Notes under the pieces: generated by a model
Told to the model about the DNA's origin: nothing
Databases searched by the model: none
Seen by the model: the letters and a program-made list of their open reading frames with translations, nothing else
In this document: piece after piece, positions 9,142 through 18,752 of the stretch
Layout of the letters: each line of letters begins with the position of its first letter
Numbering within the stretch: the stretch's first letter is position 1
Translations under genes and position numbers: made by a program
Assembly: GCA_965658445.1 (NCBI GenBank)
Contig: CBFHSF010000001.1
Span: 5,793-69,792 of the forward strand
Source: an uncultured Schleiferiaceae bacterium
GTDB lineage: Bacteria > Bacteroidota > Bacteroidia > Flavobacteriales > Schleiferiaceae
Direction: 5' to 3'
DNA length: 64,000 bases

Positions 9142-9806
9142 TGTCCATAGCACAAAACCTATCTCGTATTTCAGAAGAGCTCGCTGAGGGGGTAACCCTA
9201 GTGGCGGTCTCAAAAACCAAGCCCATAGAAGATTTGCAGGAAGCCTATGATTGGGGGCAACGCGTCTTTGGAGAAAATAAAATCCAAGAGATGGCCGCCA
9301 AGCACGAGCAGCTTCCCAAGGACATTCAGTGGCATATGATAGGCCATGTGCAGACCAATAAAATCAAATACATGGCTCCCTTTGTGAGCTTGGTTCACGG
9401 TTGTGACAGAGTAAAAGTTCTCAAAGAACTCAACAAAGAGGCTCGCAAAAACAATAGAGTAATCGATTGTCTTCTTCAAGTGCACATCGCCCAAGAAGAA
9501 ACCAAGTTCGGTTTTTCTGAAGAGGAAATTTTAGCTTTCGCCGAAAGCGAGGAAGCCCAATCCTATGAAAACATAAACATCGTAGGTCTCATGGGCATGG
9601 CAACTTTTACGGATGATAAAAGCCAAATTGAGCAAGAGTTTTCCTCTTTGGCTCAATTATTTAATTCGCTAAAGGCCAAGTCCCTTTTCCCCAATTTCTC
9701 TACCTTGTCCATGGGAATGTCCGGTGACTATGGCTTGGCCATAGAGTGCGGATCCAACATGGTAAGAATCGGCAGTTCCATTTTTGGAGCTAGGAACTAC
9801 AGTTAA
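9141..9806 (+). CDS. yggS: YggS family pyridoxal-phosphate homeostasis protein
   Basis: VAVSKTKP with the PLP lysine, HMIGHVQTNK, and a SMGMSGDY tail. ATG 9141 overlaps the DUF1015 TGA stop (TGATG). Confidence 0.9.
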   Translation: MSIAQNLSRISEELAEGVTLVAVSKTKPIEDLQEAYDWGQRVFGENKIQEMAAKHEQLPKDIQWHMIGHVQTNKIKYMAPFVSLVHGCDRVKVLKELNKEARKNNRVIDCLLQVHIAQEETKFGFSEEEILAFAESEEAQSYENINIVGLMGMATFTDDKSQIEQEFSSLAQLFNSLKAKSLFPNFSTLSMGMSGDYGLAIECGSNMVRIGSSIFGARNYS

Positions 9807-9807
9807 T

Positions 9808-11160
9808 TTGTACGCAGTAATTGACATAGAAGGAACCGGTGGTAAATACAATGAAGAATCCATCATTGAGATTGCTGTATTTCTATTTGATGGCCAGAAG
9901 GTCGTAGATCAGTTTATTACCCTGGTCAATCCTGAGAAGCCCATTCAGCCCTTCGTGGAGAAATTAACCGGCATCACCAACAAGATGGTGAGACGCGCTC
10001 CCAAATTTCACGAGATTGCCAAGCGCATTGTCAAGATTACGGAGGGGGCCGTTTTTGTAGCACACAATGTAGATTTTGATTATCGCATTTTGCGAAATGA
10101 ATTTGAGCGTTTGGGTTTTCCCTATGAGCGCAGAACTCTGGATACCATTAAACTTTCAGAAATGCTCATTCCCGGCCTTCCAGCCTATGGTTTGGAAAAG
10201 GTTTGCGATGAATTGGGTATTAACAATGGTCATCGTCACCGAGCGGATGGAGATGCTTTGGCCACTGTAGAATTGCTGAAAATACTAATGGAGAAGGACA
10301 CCAAAAAAGTCATTTCCCGTTTTTCTCACAATCGAACTCAGGACGGCGATTTTCCCTTTGCTCAGCAAACAGAAAAAATGAAAAATGCCACGGGCATTTA
10401 CTACCTCTTTGACAAGAAAGGAAAGGTCATTTACATCGGCAAGAGCCAGTCTTTGAGAAATGAGATCAACAAGCACTTCTTGCCCACGAGTTTGGAAGCT
10501 CAAGAAATTCAAGATCAAATACACTCCCTACAAGTGGAAGAGACCGGTTCCAAAACCTTAGCCTCCATAAAGTATTACATAGAGATTCAAAAGAACAAAC
10601 CTCCCTTTTCTCCCATGCCCAAAAAGCTCATGCCGTTTGGGATTTTTATTTCTGAAAAGAACAAGAGGATATCTACCTGCAAGGTGCGGAAAATGCAAAA
10701 AGGAGACCGTCCGGTACTGATGGTTTCTTCAGAGGCGGAAGGTTTAAAAATATTGGCTCGCATAGCCTTTGAATGCGACATCCCTCTCAACAAGTACATC
10801 CCTTCTTTTCAGTACAGGCAAGCCAAAAAGCTATTTCCACCCTTGGGCGCTCCCGTACAACGCAAGCGTAAAAGAGCCTGGAGAACCCTTTTAAAGGAAT
10901 TGGTTTTTCCGGAGAAAACCTTTTTGTGGACTGACAAGGGCAGAAACCCTCATGAGAAGTCATTTGTCTATGTGGAGAATCGCAAGGTGGTTGGATATGG
11001 TTTCTTTGAATTGCAATCTCAAGTAGATTCCCCAGAAAAAATTCATAAAATAATGACTCCCGTTCGCGATGACGCCTATGTGAGAAGTTTGATTTTTGAG
11101 CGTCTGCAGGCTGGAGATTCTTCGGTTACTCCTATCGACCTGAAAAATTCAAAGACATAA
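9808..11160 (+). CDS. DEDDh 3'-5' exonuclease (DnaQ-like) fused to a GIY-YIG nuclease domain
   Basis: Exo motifs AVIDIEGTGG, HNVDFDY and HRADGDA, followed by GIY-YIG (GIYYLFDKKGKVIYIGKS). TTG at 9808 is the likely start because it gives M-YAVIDIE and sits 2 nt after the yggS stop. The ORF-track TTG at 9784 overlaps yggS. Confidence 0.8.
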   Translation: MYAVIDIEGTGGKYNEESIIEIAVFLFDGQKVVDQFITLVNPEKPIQPFVEKLTGITNKMVRRAPKFHEIAKRIVKITEGAVFVAHNVDFDYRILRNEFERLGFPYERRTLDTIKLSEMLIPGLPAYGLEKVCDELGINNGHRHRADGDALATVELLKILMEKDTKKVISRFSHNRTQDGDFPFAQQTEKMKNATGIYYLFDKKGKVIYIGKSQSLRNEINKHFLPTSLEAQEIQDQIHSLQVEETGSKTLASIKYYIEIQKNKPPFSPMPKKLMPFGIFISEKNKRISTCKVRKMQKGDRPVLMVSSEAEGLKILARIAFECDIPLNKYIPSFQYRQAKKLFPPLGAPVQRKRKRAWRTLLKELVFPEKTFLWTDKGRNPHEKSFVYVENRKVVGYGFFELQSQVDSPEKIHKIMTPVRDDAYVRSLIFERLQAGDSSVTPIDLKNSKT

Positions 11161-11184
11161 AAAACCCCGAGCACAGCTCAGGGT
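11161..11184 (-). terminator. terminator candidate after the minus-strand OMP gene
   Basis: On the minus strand: ACCCTGAGC-TGTG-CTCGGGG, then TTTT. Confidence 0.45.
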
Positions 11185-11226
11185 CTTCGATATAGATCTT
11201 GAATTCTCCAGTTGTGTGGAAGGATT

Positions 11227-11841
11227 CTAAAAGGCGTATCCTAAACTCAGAATAACTTGAGGTGTTCTCTTGTCTATGTCAAAAGTGTAATCGCTTCCAG
11301 CCACCGGAATGGTAGCCTGATCGGCAGAAGAACCAAAGTTGCCTTCGTATTTGAGTTCTGCAAGGATTCCAAATAGTTTTACTCCAGCACCTACTTGGTA
11401 TCCCCAAGTTCCCTTTTTATATGTGGATTCAAAAATTTCACTAGGGCTTTGTAGGTTGTAGGAAAGAATCGGTCCAGCAAAAATTCCAGCGGGTCCCAAT
11501 TTTAATCCCACCATAATGGGAATGTCCATGCGATGCTGATTGTAATCGTAATCGGAAGTTCCACCCGTCTTTTCGGTAACAGTGACCTTTCCGTTGATAT
11601 TGGTATAGAGGATTTCTGGCTGAACGTATAGGAGCAGTAGATTTAACCTCGCAAAGGCACCGGCGTGGTACCCAAAGTTAGAAGAGGATCCATTAACACT
11701 TTCTATAATGGCATCGTTGATGTCATCCACTTTGATGTTGGAGGAGTTGACCCCCGCCTTGATTCCAAAGTCGAGGCCGATTTGTCCATACGCTGAGGTC
11801 GAGGCCCAAACCATGGCGCACAGAATTAGGAGCTTTTTCAT
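11227..11841 (-). CDS. outer-membrane beta-barrel (porin-family) protein
   Basis: Signal peptide MKKLLILCAMVWASTSAYGQ, alternating-hydrophobic beta-strand pattern, and C-terminal LGYAF. Confidence 0.7.
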   Translation of the reverse strand: MKKLLILCAMVWASTSAYGQIGLDFGIKAGVNSSNIKVDDINDAIIESVNGSSSNFGYHAGAFARLNLLLLYVQPEILYTNINGKVTVTEKTGGTSDYDYNQHRMDIPIMVGLKLGPAGIFAGPILSYNLQSPSEIFESTYKKGTWGYQVGAGVKLFGILAELKYEGNFGSSADQATIPVAGSDYTFDIDKRTPQVILSLGYAF

Positions 11842-11912
11842 AGGATTTTTTGGTTTTTCTAGGTTTGTGCGCTCTTTCTCAAGACAGCCCTATTGGTTGG
11901 TCTACAATAGGT

Positions 11913-12866
11913 TTACTGCTGATTTAAGAACGCGGTTACGTTTCTCATAATGCGGGCTTCAATTGAGGTAGTGTCGGCTTTTTCGAAAGTTTTCCCCGTG
12001 ATGTTTTCGTACAACTCGATGTATCTTTCGGATACTGAAATTACAAATTTTTCTGACATTTCTGGGATGGTTTCTCCATCTTTTCCGCTAAATCCGTTTT
12101 CGATTAACCACTGTCTTACAAATTCCTTAGAAAGTTGCTTTTGTGGTTCATTGGCGTCTTGACGCGCTTGGTATCCCTCGGCATAAAAGTAACGGCTTGA
12201 GTCGGGTGTATGAATTTCATCGATAAGAACGATATTGCCATCGGCGTCTTTTCCAAATTCGTATTTGGTATCTACCAAGATCAACCCTCTTTCCTTGGCC
12301 ATTTCCGAGCCTCTTGCAAAGAGCTTGCGCGTGTAGTCTTCGAGTTGAAGGTAGTCTTCTTCAGAAACCAAACCCGACTCCAAAATGGCCTCGCGGCTGA
12401 TGTCCTCATCGTGGAGACCTTGGTCTGCCTTGGTGGTGGGAGTAATGATGGGAGAGGGGAAGGGGGCATTTTCTTTCAATCCCTCTGGCATAGTAACACC
12501 ACAAAGTACTCTTTCTCCTGAGCGGTAGGTTCTCCAAGCATGGCCAGAGAGATATCCTCTGATCACCATTTCTACTTTAAAAGGCACCGCCTTGAGTCCT
12601 GCACTTACCACGGGGTCAGGAGTTGCGGTTTTCCAATTGGGAACCAAGTCTGCAGTTGCGTCCAAGAAATAAGAAGCAATCTGATTAAGGACCTGTCCCT
12701 TGTAGGGAATTCCTTTGGGAAGAACTACGTCAAAGGCGGAGATTCTGTCGGAGGCCACCATGACCAATAAATCGTTGTCAAAGCTGTAAACGTCTCTAAC
12801 TTTTCCGTGGTAAACGTCTGTCTGTCCTGGAAAATTAAATTCGGATTGAACCATTGCATTACTCAT
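11913..12866 (-). CDS. purC: phosphoribosylaminoimidazole-succinocarboxamide synthase
   Basis: [20 protein letters not shown] and [10 protein letters not shown] are typical of long-form PurC. Confidence 0.95.
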   Translation of the reverse strand: MSNAMVQSEFNFPGQTDVYHGKVRDVYSFDNDLLVMVASDRISAFDVVLPKGIPYKGQVLNQIASYFLDATADLVPNWKTATPDPVVSAGLKAVPFKVEMVIRGYLSGHAWRTYRSGERVLCGVTMPEGLKENAPFPSPIITPTTKADQGLHDEDISREAILESGLVSEEDYLQLEDYTRKLFARGSEMAKERGLILVDTKYEFGKDADGNIVLIDEIHTPDSSRYFYAEGYQARQDANEPQKQLSKEFVRQWLIENGFSGKDGETIPEMSEKFVISVSERYIELYENITGKTFEKADTTSIEARIMRNVTAFLNQQ

Positions 12867-12888
12867 AACCTAATATCTGCTATATGTT

Positions 12889-13875
12889 TTATTTCGCGTT
12901 TTTCTCTTCTCTATCCGCCTTGTATTCGGCTTCTTCTACTTTGCTGTAGGCCTTGATAATGTCCTTGACCAATTGGTGTCTTACAACGTCCTTATCATCC
13001 AAAAACACCATGCCAATGCCCTTTACGGGCTTTAGAATTCTCAGCGCTTCAGACAATCCAGAGCGCTGCTTTCTCGGCAAGTCAATTTGACTTTGGTCTC
13101 CTGTAACAATAAATTTGGCGGAGGCACCCATTCTAGTAAGGAACATCTTCATTTGAGAAAGCGTCGTGTTTTGGGCTTCGTCCAAAATCACAAAGGCATT
13201 GTCCAAGGTTCTTCCTCTCATAAATGCCAAGGGTGCAATTTCAATAACTTGCGTTTCCAAGAGATAGTTGAGTCTTTCAAAGGGAATCATATCTCGCAGT
13301 GCATCGTACAAGGGTCTCATATACGGATCGAGTTTCTCCTTCATATCCCCTGGCAAGAAACCCAAGTTTTCCCCGGCTTCTACCGCAGGGCGAGTCAAAA
13401 TAATTCTCTTTACCTCTTTGTTTTTTAGCGCTCTTACCGCCAAGGCAACTCCAGTGTAAGTCTTACCGGTTCCGGCGGGGCCAATGGCAAAAACCAAGTC
13501 GTTCTTGTCCGCCAATTCCACCATCTTCTTTTGGTTGATGGTGCGCGCCTTTACGTGGTGGCCGGACACACCGTGCACCAATACGTCATCGTTTTTCTGG
13601 AGTTTTTGAACGACCTCTTTGCCGTTTTCCATTACGATGCGCTCAATTTGATTTTCAGAAATACTGTTAAAGCGAGCCAAGTGCTCTTGAATTAGAGCGA
13701 CCTTTTCTTCAAAAATTGCGATGGTATCCTCATCGCCATTGACTTTAATTTTATGGCCTCTGGCGGTTACTTTAAGTTTGGGATAAAACCCCTTGAGAAG
13801 GGTTAGATATTTATTTCCAGCCCCATAGAAATCTTGGGGTTCCGCTTCGGTCAGGTGAATGGTCTTTTCTGTCAA
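12889..13875 (-). CDS. phoH: PhoH family ATPase
   Basis: Walker A GPAGTGKTY, Walker B FVILDEAQN, and TGDQSQIDLP. The apparent start is TTG. Confidence 0.92.
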   Translation of the reverse strand: MTEKTIHLTEAEPQDFYGAGNKYLTLLKGFYPKLKVTARGHKIKVNGDEDTIAIFEEKVALIQEHLARFNSISENQIERIVMENGKEVVQKLQKNDDVLVHGVSGHHVKARTINQKKMVELADKNDLVFAIGPAGTGKTYTGVALAVRALKNKEVKRIILTRPAVEAGENLGFLPGDMKEKLDPYMRPLYDALRDMIPFERLNYLLETQVIEIAPLAFMRGRTLDNAFVILDEAQNTTLSQMKMFLTRMGASAKFIVTGDQSQIDLPRKQRSGLSEALRILKPVKGIGMVFLDDKDVVRHQLVKDIIKAYSKVEEAEYKADREEKNAK

Positions 13876-13927
13876 CTGCGTATGGGATTCTTTAATTTTT
13901 CTTTGCCAAAGGATGTTGATATATTGC

Positions 13928-13935
13928 TACCTTTG
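13928..13935 (+). promoter_or_regulatory. -7 box TACCTTTG upstream of the DUF62 gene
   Basis: Matches TAnnTTTG, 55 nt before ATG 13990. Confidence 0.45.
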
Positions 13936-13942
13936 GAGCTTA

Positions 13943-13950
13943 CAAAAGTA
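13943..13950 (-). promoter_or_regulatory. -7 box TACTTTTG upstream of phoH-purC
   Basis: Reverse complement of CAAAAGTA, 68 nt upstream of the phoH start. Divergent from the box at 13928. Confidence 0.4.
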
Positions 13951-13989
13951 ATTGAAAATACCCCAAACCTCTCGTTGCTAGGTTAAAAT

Positions 13990-14778
13990 ATGCCATTGAT
14001 CACTCTTATTTCTGATTTTGGGACGGTAGATCCTCATGTAGCTGCAGTAAAAGGTAGTTTGTATTCTGAAAATGAATCTTTTAACATCGTGGATGTATCA
14101 CACGAAATCGACCCCTTTCACCTTCAGCAAGCATCTTTCGTTCTCAAGTATGCCTATCCTCACTTTCCGGAAGGTACCATTCATTTGATTTTTGTGGATG
14201 AAGAGAAGACTGCCCAAAGAAAGCACATAGTGGTCAAGGCCAATGGACATTACTTTATTGGTGCAGACAACGGTATGTTGTCCTTAATGGACCTTCAGCC
14301 CGAAGAAATTTTTGAGATTGATCTGACCAATGCACCGGAGTTGGTTTCCTCCAAGCAAATCTTTGCTCGCATTGCCGGGCACATTGCCCGAGGTGGAGCC
14401 CTCTCTTTAATTGGTAAGAAAAAGGATGGATGGAAAGAGTTGGCTGTGTCCAATCCCATCATCAATGAAGCGGGAATCCAAGGAAGCGTGGTCTACGTTG
14501 ATCACTACGGAAATGTCATCACCAATATTCATCAAAGTGCCTTTGTTGCAGCGGCCAAAGGACGGTCTTTTGAGATTGAGCTCAACCGCCTTCGCACCAT
14601 GAAAAAAATCTCTGAGAGTTTTTCTGAAGCCACCAACGGAGACTTGATTGCCGTCTTTAACAACGAGGGATTCTTAAAGATTGGAATTATCAATTCCGTT
14701 CAAAAAACGCATTCAAGTGCCCATAGTCTTTTGGGACTCAAGGTAAATGACGTAATTCGCATTAATTTTTTTAGATGA
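13990..14778 (+). CDS. SAM hydrolase / SAM-dependent halogenase family protein (DUF62)
   Basis: N-terminal ITLISDFGTVDPHVAAVKG and VVYVDHYGNVITNI match the S-adenosyl-L-methionine hydroxide adenosyltransferase family. Confidence 0.8.
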   Translation: MPLITLISDFGTVDPHVAAVKGSLYSENESFNIVDVSHEIDPFHLQQASFVLKYAYPHFPEGTIHLIFVDEEKTAQRKHIVVKANGHYFIGADNGMLSLMDLQPEEIFEIDLTNAPELVSSKQIFARIAGHIARGGALSLIGKKKDGWKELAVSNPIINEAGIQGSVVYVDHYGNVITNIHQSAFVAAAKGRSFEIELNRLRTMKKISESFSEATNGDLIAVFNNEGFLKIGIINSVQKTHSSAHSLLGLKVNDVIRINFFR

Positions 14779-15068
14779 TCCGCATCGTAAAAATGGAATT
14801 TGATCCTGCCAAAGTGGAGGACTTTAAAACGCTCTTTGACGACGTTAAGGAGAAAATCAGAGCCTTTGAAGGCTGTCTGCACTTAGAATTGTTGCAACAG
14901 ACCCAAGGGGGAAATATTTTCTTTACCTACAGCGTTTGGGAGGATGAAAAATACTTAGAGAACTACAGGTCGTCAGAGTTGTTTGCCACCGTATGGGCAG
15001 AAACCAAAAAGGGGTTTGCCGGTAAGCCAGAGGCCTGGAGTGTAGATCAAAAAGTTATACTAGAGTGA
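14775..15068 (+). CDS. antibiotic-biosynthesis-monooxygenase (ABM) domain protein
   Basis: 97-aa protein with an ABM-like pattern (FxxxF...H..E.....G...F.YSVWEDE..L..Y). Its ATGA start overlaps the upstream stop, and its stop overlaps the downstream start (GTGA). Confidence 0.65.
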   Translation: MIRIVKMEFDPAKVEDFKTLFDDVKEKIRAFEGCLHLELLQQTQGGNIFFTYSVWEDEKYLENYRSSELFATVWAETKKGFAGKPEAWSVDQKVILE

Positions 15069-15796
15069 TCAGTTTATTTAGAAAGGAAATCAACCATTTT
15101 TTCAGCTCGTTGACGGGGTACCTTGTCATGGCGGTCTTTTTGGTTTTGACCAGTTTGTTCTTGTGGGTTCTCCCAGGGACGTTTAATATTTTCGACAGTA
15201 GTTACGCCGGTGTGGACAATCTTTTTTTGATTGCCCCATGGGTGTTTTTGTTTTTGGTACCGGCCACTACCATGAGAATGTTTTCTGATGAAAAGAGAAC
15301 CGGAACCTTAGAATTGCTGCTGACCAAACCGTTGACAGATTTTCAGTTGGTCTTCGCCAAGTTCTTGGCGGGATGGGTATTGGTCATCCTAGCTCTTTTG
15401 CCCACTCTTCTCTATGTCTACACGGTGTACCAACTTGGAAACCCCGTAGGTAACTTGGATACTGGTGCAACGTTGGGATCCTTTATTGGATTGCTATTGC
15501 TCGGAGCGGCCTACGTAGCCATTGGATTGTTTTCTTCTTCTTTGACGGACAACCCCATCGTAAGTTTTATCCTCGGTGTGATGCTGTGTCTGTTTATGTA
15601 CGTTGGCTTTGATCAGATTGCCGAACTCAAGTGGTTTGGAATTGCCGATTTGTTTTTGCTCAACCTGGGAATCAATGAACATTATACTTCTCTGAGCAGG
15701 GGAGTTATCGATACTCGTGATTTGGTGTATTACATCTCTTTGATGACGCTCTTTTTTGCGGCCACTCAATTGGTATTAAAATCTAGAAAGTGGTAA
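15065..15796 (+). CDS. gldF: gliding-motility ABC transporter permease GldF
   Basis: ABC-2 type six-helix permease of 243 aa, directly upstream of a GldG-like gene. GTG start. Confidence 0.8.
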   Translation: MISLFRKEINHFFSSLTGYLVMAVFLVLTSLFLWVLPGTFNIFDSSYAGVDNLFLIAPWVFLFLVPATTMRMFSDEKRTGTLELLLTKPLTDFQLVFAKFLAGWVLVILALLPTLLYVYTVYQLGNPVGNLDTGATLGSFIGLLLLGAAYVAIGLFSSSLTDNPIVSFILGVMLCLFMYVGFDQIAELKWFGIADLFLLNLGINEHYTSLSRGVIDTRDLVYYISLMTLFFAATQLVLKSRKW

Positions 15797-15798
15797 CC

Positions 15799-17505
15799 AT
15801 GAAGAGAAGAGTAAACGACCTCCTGCGCTTTTTGATTTTGGTAGTGATTCTCATCGCTGTCAACATGTTGTCTTCTCAGTTTTATGGTCGCTATGATGCG
15901 ACTTCTGAGAAGAGGTTTAGTCTGCATCCTGCCACTCAAGAGTTGGTGGATAATTTTGAAGAGAGAATTCTCGTTCGCGTATACTTAGATGGAGACTTCC
16001 CGTCGGGATTTCAGCGCTTGAGCAAAGAGACTCGCCAGATGCTGGACGAGTTTAGAGCCTACAATTCCAATATTGAATACGAATTCATCAACCCCAACGG
16101 AGACGATGATCCCAAGGTCAATCAACAGATAAAGAATCAGTTGGCGGACTATGGATTGCAGCCCATTCAAGTAGAAATCACCAAAGACGGAGAAAAGCGA
16201 CTCACAGAAATTTTCCCGGGAGCAGTGGTATTTATGGGAGATGTGATTCTGCCCATTTCTCTTTTGCAATCGCAATTTGCAACGGACCCAGAAGTCCAGG
16301 TGAATTCCTCCATCCAGAATTTGGAGTACCAGTTTGCCAACGTCTTTAGACAACTTCAAATAAAAAAGAAAAAGGCCATTGGTTTCTTGACGGGACACGG
16401 GGAATTGGGAGACAAATACATTGCGGATATCGCTCTAAGGCTCAGTGCATACTACTCGGTTTCCCGATTCAATTTAAGGGAAGTTGCAGATACTGCAGAT
16501 TTTTCTCTCTCTGCGCAACAGAGGCGAATCAATCGTTTTGATGCGGTAATTATTGCAAAACCTCAGAGTCAGTTCACGGATTTGGACAAGTTGCTCATTG
16601 ATCAATACGTAATGTCTGGCGGTAAGGTGATGTGGTTTTTGGACCCCGTATTTGCCAACATGGATTCACTTCAGTACGCCTCTGAGTTTATAGCGTATCC
16701 CATTGCAGATCAGCTCAATTTGACGGATCAACTATTCAAGTACGGGGTGCGTGTGAATCCCAACCTTGTCATGGACATGGTGGCAGCCGGCGTAAATGAT
16801 AGACGCTCGGTAAATCGTTGGGTGTATTTCCCCATGATTATGCCCATAGAAAAGCATCCCATCGTAAAGGATCTCAACGCCATTAAACTGGAGTTTGCTT
16901 CTACCTTGGATACCATTACATCTCCAGGAATCGAGAAAACAATATTGTTGAGGACTTCGCCTTACACGCGTGTTGTTCCCACACCTCACCGCGTATCTTT
17001 GGCCACTCTTTACGAAGAACCCAATCCGGCTTACTTCTCACAGAAGCACTTACCAGTGGGAATTCTATTGGAAGGGGAATTTGACAGTTACTTCGCCAAT
17101 AGAGTTATACCAACCGAGTCCCTCGATCCTACGTATACTTTGATAGAAAAGGGGAGGAAGACTCAGATGCTCGTCGTGGCAGATGGTGATGTCATCAAGA
17201 ATCAACTCAACCTAGTCAATCCCAATATTCCCAAGGGAACCCCATTGCCACTTGGCTTTGATCAGTTTACCGGAATGGAATTTGGGAACAAGGACTTCTT
17301 GCTCAACGCAGCCGATTTTCTCCTAGACGATACCGGATTGATAAATATCCGTTCACGAGAATTAAAAATTCGACTGTTGGACAGCAACAAAGTCCAGAGC
17401 CAACGTGTTACTTGGCAAATTATTAATACGGGGGTACCCGTTTTGCTCATCCTTTTGGCGGGCGCATTGTACGGCTTTATTCGCCGTCGCAGATACACAA
17501 AATAA
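15799..17505 (+). CDS. gldG: gliding-motility ABC transporter accessory protein GldG
   Basis: About 568 aa with N- and C-terminal TM anchors and a large external domain, paired with gldF as in Flavobacteriia. ATG 15799 is preferred over the ORF-track GTG 15790, which overlaps the gldF stop. Confidence 0.8.
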   Translation: MKRRVNDLLRFLILVVILIAVNMLSSQFYGRYDATSEKRFSLHPATQELVDNFEERILVRVYLDGDFPSGFQRLSKETRQMLDEFRAYNSNIEYEFINPNGDDDPKVNQQIKNQLADYGLQPIQVEITKDGEKRLTEIFPGAVVFMGDVILPISLLQSQFATDPEVQVNSSIQNLEYQFANVFRQLQIKKKKAIGFLTGHGELGDKYIADIALRLSAYYSVSRFNLREVADTADFSLSAQQRRINRFDAVIIAKPQSQFTDLDKLLIDQYVMSGGKVMWFLDPVFANMDSLQYASEFIAYPIADQLNLTDQLFKYGVRVNPNLVMDMVAAGVNDRRSVNRWVYFPMIMPIEKHPIVKDLNAIKLEFASTLDTITSPGIEKTILLRTSPYTRVVPTPHRVSLATLYEEPNPAYFSQKHLPVGILLEGEFDSYFANRVIPTESLDPTYTLIEKGRKTQMLVVADGDVIKNQLNLVNPNIPKGTPLPLGFDQFTGMEFGNKDFLLNAADFLLDDTGLINIRSRELKIRLLDSNKVQSQRVTWQIINTGVPVLLILLAGALYGFIRRRRYTK

Positions 17506-17529
17506 GACGGAAAAAACATTCCCATTGTT

Positions 17530-18555
17530 ATGAAAAACAACAGAGTTTTACTCCTTGTAGGCCTTTTGGCAGCATTCGTTGTTGCGTATTTTTTATTGGC
17601 GGATCAAGAGTCTAAATCCACTTTGGACGGCGTAGATAATTACACTTTCACCATAGAAGACACTGCGGCTGTGCATCGCATTGTTATCAAGGACAAGAGA
17701 CCTACAGAGGTGGACTTGGTCAGAGGAGAAAACGGATGGACGGTAAACGGAAAATTTAAGGCGAGAAAAGATGCCGTTGAAGTTTTGCTAGAGACCATGA
17801 ACCGCATGACTCTTAAAAACTTTACCAATGTCGCTTCGCGCGAAGCCATTCTCAAAAACATGTCGGTATACGGAAAAGAAGTTATGCTTTACGATGCCGA
17901 AGGAAATGAAATAAAGCACTTCTACGTGGGAACCAATACGGGCAACGACCTGGGAACCTACATGCTCATTGCAGGTGCCGATCAACCCTATGCGGTTTAC
18001 ATTCCGGGATTTAACGGGTATTTGTCCAGTCGATTTATCAGCGATGAACACCTTTGGCGAGATCGCAAAATTTTCGGAGTTCCCGTAGAAGCCATTACCT
18101 CAGTAACCATGGAATACCCCGGATTGGAAGAGAATTCATTCCGCATGATGCGCAATGCAGAGGGGAATATTCAGGTTTTAGACAACGAAGGGAATCCAGC
18201 AGATTTTAACCCGCAACGCGCCGCTGCCTTTTTGCAAGGGGTTTCTAAAGCCAATTACGAAGGGATGATTATTGAGACCGACGAAATCTGGTCCAAAAGA
18301 GATTCTGTGATTGCTTCCACCCCCGTGTTTACCTTAACCGTGGCGTATGGAGAAGGCAAAGAACTCTCCTTGTCAGGGTATCACATCAAAGCGGCAGAAG
18401 GTATTTTGGATGCGGCAGGCAATCCTGCAAAGTGGGATGCGGATAGGATGTATGGAGACATTTCTGACGGCCGCTTTACGCTGATTCAATACTTCGGATT
18501 GTCAAGAGTTCTGAAATCACTTCAGGAGATTGCCGACCCCGAACCGTTGATGTAG
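17530..18555 (+). CDS. DUF4340 domain protein (GldG-associated)
   Basis: N-terminal TM anchor. This family usually follows gldG-type genes. Confidence 0.6.
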   Translation: MKNNRVLLLVGLLAAFVVAYFLLADQESKSTLDGVDNYTFTIEDTAAVHRIVIKDKRPTEVDLVRGENGWTVNGKFKARKDAVEVLLETMNRMTLKNFTNVASREAILKNMSVYGKEVMLYDAEGNEIKHFYVGTNTGNDLGTYMLIAGADQPYAVYIPGFNGYLSSRFISDEHLWRDRKIFGVPVEAITSVTMEYPGLEENSFRMMRNAEGNIQVLDNEGNPADFNPQRAAAFLQGVSKANYEGMIIETDEIWSKRDSVIASTPVFTLTVAYGEGKELSLSGYHIKAAEGILDAAGNPAKWDADRMYGDISDGRFTLIQYFGLSRVLKSLQEIADPEPLM

Positions 18556-18688
18556 GACCACACCCGAAGGTTCCGCTATCAACAAATCGATTTGTTTTTT
18601 GGTAACTATTTGTTTTTCAGTGTGTAAGATTCTGTTCTTTTGTTGAAAAGTGGACGCTTTTTCCGTGGTGTAAGACAAGGGTTTCTGT

Positions 18689-18696
18689 TATATTTG
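18689..18696 (+). promoter_or_regulatory. -7 box TATATTTG upstream of dnaN
   Basis: Matches TAnnTTTG, 57 nt before ATG 18753. Confidence 0.45.
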
Positions 18697-18752
18697 TTCA
18701 ACAGGTGTATACCTACTGATTTTCCTATAGAAATAAACTTAATACTATACAG

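Noticed and set aside
18556-18752. Possible replication origin upstream of dnaN.
   Set aside because: I found no TTATCCACA-type DnaA boxes or clustered near-matches by eye. dnaA is not adjacent. The spacer is adequately explained by a promoter (TATATTTG at 18689).
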